From Octopus vulgaris (Eukaryota), in NCBI GenBank assembly GCA_951406725.2, contig OX597815.1, positions 89,962,001-90,026,000 on the forward strand: a stretch of DNA of 64,000 nt, in the 5' to 3' direction. Under the pieces are notes generated by a model. The model saw only the letters and a program-made list of their open reading frames with translations, did no database searches and was not told where the DNA came from. Each line of letters opens with the position of its first letter. Positions within the stretch are counted from its first letter, which is position 1. A program made the translations under genes and the position numbers. Positions 14,415-26,935 of this stretch are shown here, in pieces.

Positions 14415-14965
14415 GGTGGCTGACCCTCGTTATCAAGTATAGCCATTGCCCGAAGCTTAATCAATGTTGTTATCGTGCAATGCCTGTGCAAGAAGATATT
14501 TTTTTAAAGTGAGGAAAGGCTGTGCACCGAGTCAATCCCACTCACTAAGCAACAGCAGCCATAATCCTAAAAGAAGAACAAGTCAACATCATCGGTAACC
14601 ACTGAGCTGCAGGTTTTATATCGGAGTTATCCCAGTTACCTGAGTTACCTTCTCCTAGAAGGATGCCCTAACAAAGGCTAGGAGTCCTTCACTCCCAATG
14701 GTTTAACCGCGCGATCGGGTATTAAGTTCGATTATTTCTATGTCCTCGCGCATGATACAGCCTTAAGACATTTATTGGATGGCCGTTGACACTCAAGAGT
14801 TCCTCCGCCCTTTGACGGGTTTTGTTTTTCATCCCGCAGGGTGTCCAATAAACACCCTCCTCACCAAGCAAGCTTGGTGGGGTTGCCGGTTTAGTCGCCG
14901 ACGACCCGACCATGCAAGAGGTTGTACTGGGTTACATGTTACCAGTAGCACTCGAAAGTGACCTG
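14415..14965 (-). mobile_element. RTE-related non-autonomous element inside a (CATA)n array
   Basis: GC-richer unique block flanked on both sides by long (TACA)n. Contains gggcatccttctaggagaaggtaactc (minus), resembling the ggcag..tctaggagaaggaaaactc motif of RTE UTRs and RTE-derived SINEs. Confidence 0.5.
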
Positions 14966-14977
14966 ACACACACACAC

Positions 14978-15140
14978 ACATACATACATACATACATACA
15001 TACATACATACATACATACATACATACATACATACATACATACATACATACATACATACATACATACATACATACATACATACATACATACATACATACA
15101 TACATACATACATACATACATACATACATACATACATACA
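14978..15140. repeat. Long perfect (CATA)n microsatellite
   Basis: Directly visible. Confidence 0.98.
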
Positions 15141-15189
15141 ATAAACATTCGAAGTGACAAGTCGCGTATTTGGCATGTGGATACTATTT

Positions 15190-15403
15190 ATCAGATGATA
15201 CAGCACGGAATTTTGTCAGTGAATAGGTCGCGGTCTCAAAGCGACGAAAATATTTTGACAAATTAAATTTAAATGTTGAAGTGAATCTAACGGTATTTGT
15301 ATGTTTCTTGAATGGCTTATAAACACCTTCCACACTGCAATTGTGTTCGTTCCAGCACACGATCCCAGATCAGGTCACTTGCTATGCAAGTACTACTCCG
15401 TAA
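15190..15403. mobile_element. ~210-bp MITE-like repeat, copy 1
   Basis: Aligns end to end with 32960-33167; imperfect terminal inverted ends (tac.agatg / catctccgta). Confidence 0.7.
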
Positions 15404-15419
15404 TATACATATATCAAAA

Positions 15420-15708
15420 CAACCCTCTTCGGACATGAATGACCATGGGTCTTCGCCTAGAAAGTTCCCTTCCGAGGCACGAGTCCGGACATGGTTGTTT
15501 ATGGAAGACCAGCAGTCGCCCATGCATACCAACGTCCCCTCTCCATGCGACCAATGTTGTCCTACTCATTTCTACAGATGAGTGAATTGGAGCAACGTGA
15601 AATAAAGAGTCTTGCTCAAAAACACAATACACAGTCCGATCCGAGAATCGAACTCCCTACCTCATGATTGTGAGCCCGACGCTCTAATCAATCATCCATG
15701 CGCCTTCT
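15420..15708 (-). mobile_element. tRNA-derived SINE
   Basis: Minus strand gaaggcgcatgg..tgattagagcgtcgggctcacaatc..gagttcgattctcgg (A/B boxes), then a ttgagcaagactctttatttcacgttgctccaattcactca core. Confidence 0.8.
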
Positions 15709-16129
15709 CTATGAATTTGTGTGTATATATATATGCAGTTATATATAGCATAGTTTTATACATGAGAGTGTATGTGTGCGCGCTTGTGTGTGTGTCTGTG
15801 CACGTGTGTATGTTTGTAAGTATATGACCTGATCGATATTCAGGCGTTATTCATACAAATTTATCGATTATGTACGCATACATACATAATTGGTGAAATC
15901 TTTTATATGCACAGATACTTACCTAATCGTTAAGTTTCCAACTGAAAGTTATTAAATTTTGATCTTTTGCAGGACTATTTATGGTAAATTCTTCCCAAAC
16001 GAAATCTAAACATTGCATACATAAATTCTATATCAATATGCATACCGCTATAACATGTCACTTCGCATATATCAAATTTATGTATTTGCTGACTCGTTGA
16101 CTCGTTTATTGAAATTTAGATAACGTATT

Positions 16130-16460
16130 ATTTGACTACATGCAGTTGAAGTTGTACAGTTAAGAATATTCCATGATTTCCATCAAGTTAAATTTCCTAT
16201 TGTTGCGGTACACAAAGACTTCTTCAAAATTGTCTTTCATGTACATCTTTGATGTACTGAAAATTTTCATGCATGTTTTGCAAATTTGTATTTATACATC
16301 ACAATCTATCCATGCTTATATCATGCTTGTCATGAACGTTGATACAAGTCGGAAGCAGCCAAAATACTAAGCATTGATCTCGATGGCAGCAAATCTAGTA
16401 CCTTCCCCACCCCAAACTTATGTTGATGAGCCATTTCTAGCTTGTCTTCCCAAAATCATG
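16130..16460 (-). mobile_element. Decayed RTE LINE fragment
   Basis: KFSVHQRCT*KTILK resembles RTE FHQRCLRTIL. Confidence 0.35.
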
Positions 16461-17553
16461 GATGTTCTTTTTCCTGTACGTTCTGTATTTTTTTTTTTTT
16501 TACTGCTTTAAGTATGTTTTCCAGAGAGATTACTTTGGAGGGTTTGGCGATCACACGAGCCTTAGTAATGATATGAATACGGCTAATTCGCCGTTTTACA
16601 TCGATTTAAAAAATATACTTAACATAAGGGTAACAAACTACTGATATTTTTCTATGTATCAAGCAAACAAACAGGAGTGGCCTGATATATATGTGTGCGA
16701 AAGCACTTGAATGAATGTAATGTGTGTATGTATGCGCATGGGAGTGCACGCTCGCGTTTGTGTACGTGTTTATGGGCGTGTATAGGCGTGCGGGGCTATC
16801 TGATGTATGTGTGTGCATATGAGGTTATCAGATGTTTATATGTGGGTGTAAAAAATGCTATCATTTGCGTATATACTGTGTGCGTTTAGCATATGTGTAA
16901 GTGTGTGTGTGTTTCTATTTCCAATTTATGAGTGTTTGTGTAAGAGGCCATCAAGCATATGTGTATGTGCGCTTTCGGTTGGTGCGTTTGTGTGTGTGTC
17001 TGTGTGTTTGTGTGTGTGTGTACGTGTATTTGGCTATTGGACAAAGTATGTATGCATATACCGTGTTGGTGCGTGTATATGGACGCACATACAACGATCC
17101 GGAAAATTTTCATGTAGAACCATTCAAAATGTATATTGATCAATCTAGGCATTGCTTCAAAGCCCTTCCAGGTGATCGAATTTGGAACAATTTGGTTGTC
17201 ATACACACTTTTTAATCACAAAATCAAGACCATACGATTATATCCCGTGATAAATTCCTTTCCTTATACCTGTTTTATCTCTTATCCCATTATAGTTGTC
17301 CAGTTAGCTGTTATATTATATTCATTATTCAATATAAAATTTCCTAACTAGAAGCACTCAGTGGAAAAATGTATTACTTATTTACATCGCCTATTGGCAT
17401 TTCATCGCAGTAGTGCTTATAGTATTATAATAGTATTATCCTATTCCTATCATTTGAGAAAAAGGGCAATGCGATATACTGAGTTTAGGATACAGATATA
17501 TTGTTCTGTTCCTTAATCTTATTACTACATTCGTATGAACTTATATGACTACC

Positions 17554-17797
17554 AAGGAGGTGAGCTGGCAGAAACGTTAGCACGCTGGGCGAAATGCTTA
17601 GTGGTATTTCGTCTGTCTTTACGTTCTGCGTTCAAATTCCGCCGAGGTCGACTTAGCCTTTCATCATTTCAGGGTCGATAAATTAAGTACAATTTGCGAA
17701 CTGGGGTCGATCTAATCGATTGCCCCAAATCCACCCACTCACCCACCCACCCATTCTCTCAAAATTTCGGGCCTTGTACCTAGGGTAGAAAAGATTT
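17554..17797 (+). mobile_element. tRNA-derived SINE with Deu/Nin-like central domain
   Basis: Head ggaggtgagctggcagaaacgttagc, B box gttcaaattcc, then gccgaggtcgacttagcctttcatcatttcagggtcgataaattaagtac (Deu/Nin-like); same family as 55327 and 55665. Confidence 0.85.
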
Positions 17798-18394
17798 TAT
17801 GACTACCATACATTTTCAGTACAGAAACTTATTTCATTGTTCACATGATTATATATGCACTTAAAGGAGATTGTTGTTATACATTAGTGTAGAATCCACA
17901 GAATTATAGCTTCAATTTGCAACACTCCTCAGTTACAAATTTAATCAGTTTCTAAAAAGAAAAAGAAAGAAGGGTTTTGTAATTTGTTGCGCCAGTTTAT
18001 ATCGTGCAAATGACAAATGGCACACGTCAAACCAGGTGAATTAGTGACAACGTTATGGTCAGATTACACGCTATAGAAAATACAGCTCATTTACTAGTGC
18101 CTTTATAGAAGTTATAAAATTTACGAAATCAGAATATTCCGTCCTGTAATTTGGCATCGTGTTGCGAAAAAACCATAACTAGGACAGAAGGCAAAAACTG
18201 GTAAAAGGAAGAAGTATAAATGAAATAGAATTGTAGTTTTCTAAAACTTGAAACAGGAAATGTCGAGCGAGGTTTGTGCAGCAATGAATGCAATGAAAAA
18301 GTTAGTATGGAGAAATGTTGGTAGGGTTCCTCATATGCACTGTAAAATTGCAGAAAAATGAGGAATACGTAAAATTATACACCTCACTCTATAG

Positions 18395-18547
18395 CTTCTT
18401 TTCCTTCTTCTTCTTTTTCTTCTTCTTCTTCTTCTTCTTCTTCTTCTTCTTCTTCTTCTTCTCCTCCTTCTTCTCCTCCTCCTCCTTCTTCTTCTCCTCC
18501 TCCTTCTTCTACTTCTTCTTCTCCTCCTCCTCCTCCTCCTCCTCCTC

Positions 18548-18578
<31 letters not shown>

Positions 18579-18585
18579 TTCTTCT

Positions 18586-18620
<35 letters not shown>
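18395..18620. repeat. Polypyrimidine tract (CTT)n/(CCT)n/(CT)n
   Basis: Directly visible; source of the poly-F and poly-R ORFs. Confidence 0.97.
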
Positions 18621-18622
<2 letters not shown>

Positions 18623-18777
18623 TATATATATATCAACTGTGAATTTTCCGTGTATTGTGTTTTTGTCTAATTTCCTTTGCTACGTTTTCGTCTAGTTTTC
18701 TGTCTGTTGTGATTTTACTGTTTTTTTTCTGTTTGCTGGTGTTTTCGTCTAATTTTTCCACTTAGTCTTCCTGTTCA

Positions 18778-18822
<45 letters not shown>

Positions 18823-18826
<4 letters not shown>

Positions 18827-19275
18827 GTAGCTTGTTCGCAATTTTAAAAACGAAAGGCAGAAATACTTTCGTTACTAAAGTGACTAAAGGCACTAGTCAA
18901 CACCAGTATTGCATGACAACAAACACCTTATCTTAATGACTGACAAGGGAGGGAAGCTCACTTAACGCCTAGACATACCCAGATCACAGCGATTTCGCAT
19001 TTATATTAATTATCGTTCGTGACTCTCACCTAGCGCCTTGGGTTAAATGCACCTCACTTTGTCAGTTTATAAGATTATCATAGAAAACACACGTTGATTT
19101 CATAAACGGCCAAAATAAAAATTATAAATAATAAGTGTTGCTTGTTCACAATTTTACGACCGAAATGATGAAATATATACGTCACTAAAGTGACTGGCGG
19201 CACTAGTCAGCACCAGTATTGCTAGAAATAAGAGTTAAAGCAACGCATAGCCACAAGAAGCACCTTATCTTACTT
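18823..19275. repeat. Partial tandem repeat with 310-bp period and an internal long hairpin
   Basis: aag.gt.gcttgttc.caattttа-like block ...gtgact...ggcactagtca.caccagtattgc at 18823 and 19133; inverted arms 18930-18952 and 19052-19075. Confidence 0.75.
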
Positions 19276-19294
19276 ACATATATACATACATACA

Positions 19295-19540
19295 GTGAAA
19301 ACCTGAATAAAATGTAAGCATAATAAACCTGACCTAATAAATTGAAATAGAGAAGAGTAACTGTGTGCAGCTGTCGGAAGCATCTGCCCAGAGGACGTTA
19401 ACATAAAGCTAAAGAGCACCAAAAAAGAAAATACCTATGCTGAAATATTGAAGAATCTACTGCTACTCTATCCAGATAACAGGTAAATGGGAGATTTAGG
19501 ATATGTAACACACTGCCTAAATACTGAAAAATATAACTGA
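19295..19540 (+). mobile_element. R4/Dong-type restriction-like endonuclease domain fragment
   Basis: HNKPDLIN*NREE*LCAAVGSICPEDVNIKLKSTKKENTYAEILKNLLLLYPD...GDLGYVTHCLNT (PD-D/E-xK RLE fold). Confidence 0.75.
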
Positions 19541-20086
19541 ATAACGACATACATACATACATACATACGCAAGCACACGTGCACGCTCGCACGCAAATAC
19601 ACGCATGCAACAAACTCTCATACAGTCAAACGCGACCTCTGCAACGAAACTTAAAATGTTGCAAATAAGAAAACAATAAAGCCAAATGACTTATTATTTA
19701 ACCAAATTAAACGAAGAATCCAATAATTTGGTTGGATATTTAAATAATTGACTAATAAATAAATGAGTGAAATTGAACCAGCGCGTGTGTTAATAATATT
19801 AGACCTTCGACACTACATAATTTGTTTCAAAACACGAATTCACTTAAAGGATCTTGCAAACCAGATAAAAAAGCGAAATGTGTTTTAGTTCTTATTTCTA
19901 GCAGTTTAGGTGTTTCTTACACCCCAGTCACATTTAGTGAAGATTATAATTTTCCTTCTTGGTGTAACATTGCAAACTACAATCATTTCTCTGTGTACAC
20001 ATTAGCGAATCGCTAAATCATCCATAGATTTTAATGATATATACTGATAGGGAATTAAGTCCGAAAACTGTGGAAGTGGAGCCAGC

Positions 20087-20136
20087 CCTTACTGATGAGT
20101 CAACGGAAATTGCCGAGACTGACTGTCAGTATAAGG
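20087..20136 (+). ncRNA. Type I hammerhead ribozyme motif (one core mismatch)
   Basis: Stem I cctta/taagg; CTGATGA; stem II gtcaa-cggaaa-ttgcc; GAGA (A14 to G); palindromic stem III actgac-t-gtcagt; GUA cleavage triplet. Confidence 0.75.
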
Positions 20137-20179
20137 AATTCTCGATCGATGTTTTCTGACGATTACACTCCCTGTCAGA

Positions 20180-20221
<42 letters not shown>

Positions 20222-22122
20222 ATGTGCTTTGCTTACAATATTAGTGCATTTTAGGTATTGTTTTTAACATCCTAGTCACATTTAATGACAATTATAGTTT
20301 TCCTTGTTGGTGTAACATTGCAAACTGCTGTCTACAGTACACACACACACACAACAGTTTGTGAAGTTGTTTTTTCATATTTAGTAAATTATCACATATA
20401 TATGTATATATTGTAACGTATCCATTATATCTAAAATCACAAAACAAAACAAAAGACCCTAATATATCAAATATATGATTTTACGATTTAGTATACGAAT
20501 ACAGGTGACACATTTTGTTACATAAAGGATGAACAAATATCATGTCTGCAAATGTGTTGCGACAAAAATTGCTTTATTTTCAGTCAGAATACAATTTCGT
20601 TAATATTTCTTGACATCGTTTCGAAACATCGACGTTCTCGATGAAACATTCCATATCATCACCGTTCGAAATACATGTAAAAATGGAATATTCTAAGTGT
20701 AGAATGATATATATCAACAAGTCGGTTTACTCTTACTCTTTCCCACGAAATGCGCGTTTGGCACTTTACCGGTAACTATGCAGCTCACTCACTCGTGCTG
20801 ATACAACATCTTTCACCAGCTATGCAGCTCACTTACCAACCCTGTTTCTTTTACTAGCCGACTCGTTGTAAAAATCAGACTCACAGTACCCGTTACAAAC
20901 AGATACAATTATGCAATTTCCTTATCGGTCATGACACAACGGTAGGCTTCTTGCTATAAGGTTTCTACATTTACGACATGCTACATTAACCAATGCACTA
21001 TAAATTCATGCACAACTTACAGCTACCAGCATTATTACAGCTTTCATAGAAATTGTAAGTACGAGCCATTTTCCACATTACCTATTGATAGACACAAATC
21101 TTTCTTTGCACAGAGCATCAATAGACTCATTATTTTTTTTTTTAAATGTCGATCATCTAGTCTTTATACAAGACTAACTGAAGGGAGTACGTTTGGGATA
21201 TTCTAAGATGTAATTCCTTTTTGCCAGGACTCGTAAAAAGAATGCTTATTTTGCCTCATGAAATGTGTAACTGTAATTTACATACATCCTACATAACATT
21301 TTTTATGCATGTGTTATTAAAATGATACTTGTAAAGAAAAAAATTCTTATATACTCATTTTCGATGGGCGTATTTTTGTATCTGGATTATGTTCCCAATC
21401 ACAAAATATTTTACCAAAAGTTTCTTATTTTTATACCTACATTTTATATATATCGGCATTCTTTAGTGTAGCGTAATTATCATAGATAGTAATGCTAAAA
21501 AAGAAAAAAAAAACAAGATATTTCAGTGATTACTTTAACATAATACATAAGCATCAACAGTTGTTAGACACTAGAACGGAAGTACAAGATATATAAAACA
21601 TTCGCTGGTAGGTCATAAACCATACAGCAAATATGTAATCTAATACACTGCATAATTGGTGATCAAACTAAGTAACACACACACACACGCGCGCGCGCAG
21701 ATATATACATTTAATATAAACATGTACATAAAAACACTCACACTTACGCTTTATACACACACACATAATTTAATATAGCACCTGTCCTATAAAACCAGAC
21801 ACTTCCTGTAAATAATAATAGATTATATTGTCTGAAGGTGAAGGATTATAAACGCCGTCACTAAAAGAATGTGGAGTTCAAAGATAATGAATGTTGACAG
21901 CATTACGCATATTCGGAATTTTCCATATTCCAAAAAGAAAGCTGTAAATAGTTTTTAAAATGTGAAAAAGCAAATTGTTACTGTTGGGTAATTCAGAAAA
22001 TCTATGAGAAGTTTTTTTTTAATATTTCCTATTATTGTTACTCTCCATCATAGGTCAATATTCTTCGTTCTTTGACTCTTTTGTGTTGTGTTGTTTGTGT
22101 ATGTTTGTGTACTTTTGTGTGT

Positions 22123-22161
<39 letters not shown>

Positions 22162-22649
22162 TGTGTGTGCGTGTGTAATTCTGATATTTTATATGTCATA
22201 ACTAGTAATATTCACTTCGATGATATGTAGAGGAAGTAGTCGCTCCATTATTCATATTGAGTGTGCTTATTTCTAATCTAAGATCAAGTAACTGATATTG
22301 CATACACACATGCATATGCATGTTTACATACGTATGTTGATATTTGAAAATTATATGCACTAAACAAAGACTTACCGGCATATGTACAATGGTAGGGGTT
22401 GTAATTCCAGTTAGACACAGAAAATTTAGCATCCTATCACTCATGCCCAGTAAAGCAGAGCCAGCAGATGCCTATTTTAGAACTGGATACAAAGCTTCTT
22501 CGCACTAATTTTCAGAATCCAAGTTTCCAAAAGCAATAGAAAATAAAATCTGAGCCTTTCGGTCATTGAAATCAGCAGTTGCAGGCAGGTTGCTAGTTTA
22601 GGGTGTGTAGAAAGGTACGCTTTTTGTTATCGCATTTCATGTGGGAGAT

Positions 22650-24060
22650 AACGTCATCTGTCAAAGAAGCGCTAAGATTGGACGATTGGATTTGTGCTAT
22701 TTGTTTGTAGCTTGAAAGAGGGCCTTTACGGAAGATAGAAAATTTCGAAAAATATTTCTTAGCACGAATATATATATATATATATATACATATATGAAAA
22801 GTATAGTAGTAGCCTCATCTCGAAAATTTCTTTTTTGAATGATAATTTGAAAATTCTCCAGCTTACGTTTATTGCTATATACACTTGCGGTTAATTGGAG
22901 TTGTTGTGGGTATATACAATTTCCTCCTAAAGAGTAGCGATGGTGCAACCCTGTTTGAGATTTGTAATATGTAAGTTTAGGATGATAGGGATATTTAAAC
23001 TAACTATATATCTTTCAGGACCTTGCACAATTTATCCATGGTGTGGCTACTCATGGTGTGTGAGGCTGTGAAGTCTTCCTTTTTTCTATTTAACATGAAG
23101 ATTTGCATGAGATTCGTCTCCTGCATGAGTGAAGTATAAACATTTGCACACGTTCAACCATCATTGGGGTGACCTCATGTGATTGATATCCTTATATCAT
23201 TATACAAAACATCGAACATTAGATCACCATCTTTTTTTTTTTTTACCAAATATCTGAAGTGACTTAGCAAGTTTCTTGAAGTTGAAACCTTTTACAACGA
23301 AGTATTTCTGTATCGAATTAGTTGAATTTACACACGTTTCTGCTTCACAAGGTATGGAACAACATGATTACAATAGCTATATGTTCTATTAATCAAACCA
23401 CTTATTAATTTTAATTGTAAAATGAAAAGCATCAGGAGAAATCTTACTTCCCCCACCCATGTCTATTCCTGAGGAGTTTAATTTCCTGTATTTGAAGTTG
23501 GAGCGGTAAGTAGATAATGAAACGTAAGGATGTTTGGCGATTGCTACGGATGGTGCATTCATCCACAAGAACTTTTATTCACAACACGGCGATAGTTCTT
23601 TCACTTCTATATTTATAGTATTGTCACTTACGATAACATTTGCTAAATACCTAAAATGTGATATGATATCGAGTTCCTATATTTTCTATGCAGAAATTTG
23701 TACTTGTGAGGAATGGTTAAAAGGTGTTACCTAATCGTTGAATGTTTAACAGAAAAAGCTGGAATGCAATCAAACTTTTATATTAAGTTAATGAGATCGG
23801 TAAAAAATTCGGAGAGAAGTTTACCGCAATAAATCTATTTCGTTTATTGAATCAGCATGTATCAGTATGCGTTTCGGTAGTCTTAGCCACGATGCATTTC
23901 CAAATTATCAGCATAATTACACATTCTAGCTTCTGTTTGTTTGTTCTTCAGCGAATACTTCTTCATCAACGGTGGATTTGCGATCTGAAAATTGGATTCA
24001 ACAAGATTTAGAGCGGATATATTTAGGTTTGTGTAGCTGCTCTTAACACTCCAAATATCC
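22650..24060 (-). mobile_element. Very decayed Penelope-like RT, possibly Naiad/Chlamys-like
   Basis: Collinear weak motifs PKYIRSKS (cf. GPKYR), NLI*KFDCIPA (cf. L..KFV.VPADKA), VKGFNFKKL (cf. TFDFSTL) and IYPQQLQLT (cf. IYP.EL.L). Confidence 0.35.
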
Positions 24061-24122
24061 TTTAATGAACTTTTCGGGTTATAATATATATGATATTACA
24101 CACAAACACACACTCACACACA

Positions 24123-24204
<82 letters not shown>

Positions 24205-24558
24205 TATATATACATATATACACATATATATATATACATATAGTGTATTGTTCCTTGATGGTAAGATCATCATAAAAGGTTCTCCATCTGATGAGAGATA
24301 AATATTATTTAATAAACGCAACGTCTGTTTTTATGAGCTACTATTAGATTCATGTGCCGAGAGCAGGCCAAACAATGTTTTATAACACGCCTGATGTCTC
24401 AGCACAATTATCAGATGCTGCTTACATGGCATTACGAACTAATAATGGAATGAGAGAAAAGACGAGAAGGTAGCATATATAAAAAGTGGAAGGCTGAAAA
24501 ACCGAAAAACCGAAAACCGAAAAACGAAAAGTTAAGCAGAGAAGCAGAAGGGGAATAA

Positions 24559-24923
24559 GAGTTACTTCCCTTAGACTGCAAATTATAAGGCTGAAAAGGT
24601 AATGTCTTTAAACCTAAAGATAATTTAATCCGCTGGGTAAAGAATTTCGCAAATTTTCAACAGAAACTTAGGCACATGCCTATAACTGCTGAAAATTTCG
24701 GATCTAGAGTTGAACGGTGAGTTAGTGATCTCAAATATGAAAAGGATCCGAGTTATTTGAGGTACCTATAGCTTACATTGTGTTGATCCGTGAAGATATG
24801 GTGTGGAATTTTCGACTATTTTCCACTTTAACGTATTCATTGTGGGGTTCGATTTCAAACACAATTTGTTGCTAGCCAACTCAGTAGTTTTGCTTTTGTG
24901 CTTATGGCTGAAGGGAAATATTC
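24559..24923. mobile_element. Putative ~365-bp MITE
   Basis: Imperfect terminal inverted repeats gagttacttccctt / aagggaaatattc. Confidence 0.4.
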
Positions 24924-25214
24924 TTTTATTCTCTTACTCGCTTCATTCATTTGACTGCGGCCATGTGCGAGCACCTCCTTGGACTTATTTCTATTTTAAG
25001 TGTAGTAATTAATCTGTCGGCACTTTTTGCTGAACTGCTAATTTATGGGGACGTAAACACACCAACACCGGTTGTCAGGCGTTGATGGGGGGATAAAAAA
25101 AGATACACATAGATATATATATATACACACACACGCATACACACACAGACATATATTAATATGCAAGTATATATACATGTATATATATATGTATGTATAT
25201 ATGTATCTCTCTCA

Positions 25215-25268
<54 letters not shown>

Positions 25269-25420
25269 ATGTGTGTGTGTATGTGTGTATATATAAACGA
25301 CGGGCGCCTTTCAGTTTCCCCTCTACCAAATCCACTCACAAGGATTTGGTCAGGCCGAGGCTATAATAGTAGACACTTGCCCAATGTGCAAGGCAGTAAG
25401 ACTGAACCCAAACTTGCGCC
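24924..25420 (-). mobile_element. tRNA-derived SINE with internal microsatellite (same family as 33184)
   Basis: Reverse complement of the 33184-33595 body, including gacgtaaacacaccaacaccggttgtcagg and cttcagtttcc..taccaaatccactcacaagg. Confidence 0.85.
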
Positions 25421-25590
25421 TATGTGTATGTGTGTGTGTATATATATACATATAAATGTGTATATATTTGTTTATATTTGTATATAATTTTGTAGCCTAG
25501 GTCTCATCAGGTACACTTATGCATAAAATTGTATCTCACTAAATATCCTGTATATATAGGCATTATACATACATATATACGCATGTATGC

Positions 25591-25623
<33 letters not shown>

Positions 25624-25788
25624 CATATGTGTGTGTGTATGTGTGTATGTATGTATGTATACCTGTGTCTGTAAAAATATTGATTTTTCTGGAAGTATGC
25701 TGATACATACACACAAAGAAGAGTGTGCATACTTTAAATTTCAATATAGTTTTCTTCAGCCGATTATTATAAATTTCCTATCTGTACA

Positions 25789-25829
<41 letters not shown>

Positions 25830-25948
25830 TCACATTATGTGTAATAAATAAATGCCAAACGTATTAATTAGTTTGCTACGTAACTGGGTTTTTTTCACAA
25901 AATCTCAAGGCAGCAAAGTTAACTGAAATAACGCCTGTGACACCGGGT

Positions 25949-26006
<58 letters not shown>

Positions 26007-26199
26007 GAGAGGAGCATAGAATGAATGTGAAATGACAATACATAAATAATCATCTCACTACTTTAGCAATATGGATATTTCACTCTAACATTATTAAGTA
26101 CAGATTTCTTCATGTCATTCTTCAATTATACATTATGAATTTCTAATGCATGGCTACAAAAAAAAAAAAAAACAGAATGATGTTCATGCATTTGGTGAA

Positions 26200-26650
26200 G
26201 ATTTTGTTGAGTAGTCCTTAATGAGCCTAATGGTAGTGATCGGTATTCCAGTCATGACAGGTTGCTAAGATTAGTTTTTCCAATTTGCGGTGTGGGATTT
26301 GACCGCGATATCATATTTTTACGTATAGACCGGAGCAGGAAACAACGCTTGAGTAGCAAATTTATTCAAGATATATTAAACAAATCTACGTTTATATTGA
26401 ATAAAAACGTGGTTGCACAATCTCATCGTATATATGATCGTTTCTTTATGGCAGTGACCATAAGTCATAATTATGAAATCTCTTTTCATGTCCAAAAGTT
26501 CAAGAATGCTCTAAAATAGAATGGAATCCTTATTTTTGGAACTTTCCAACAGAAATCATAAGCAAAACATCGTAAAAGACAAAGAGTTTAAGCATAAAAA
26601 TGGGAAAAAGTGGTGTATTTTATTGTCAGTATGTTGACATTTTATGCGTA
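26200..26650 (-). mobile_element. Decayed LINE (RTE-like) RT fragment
   Basis: IKKRSYIR*DCATTFLFNINVD resembles the RT motif GVRQGC..SP.LFNI. Confidence 0.35.
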
Positions 26651-26704
26651 AATGTTGCATATAAACTGATAAGCATTAAACTTACGTAACTTGGCAACAC
26701 ACAT

Positions 26705-26749
<45 letters not shown>

Positions 26750-26875
26750 AGCACACACACACGCACACACACGTACACACACATTCACACAAAATTAACG
26801 GCTGCAAAGGGTGAAAAATATACATTGTACATAGATGCAGACACATATATAAAGGATAAATACAGACAGGTCTAT

Positions 26876-26935
<60 letters not shown>

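Noticed and set aside
15915-15990. Micro-exon-like splice signal pairs on both strands
   Set aside because: Such short matches are expected by chance in 64 kb of AT-rich DNA.
24285-24330. CTGATGA followed by aaacgcaacgtc, hammerhead-like
   Set aside because: No convincing stem I or II and G12 is missing.
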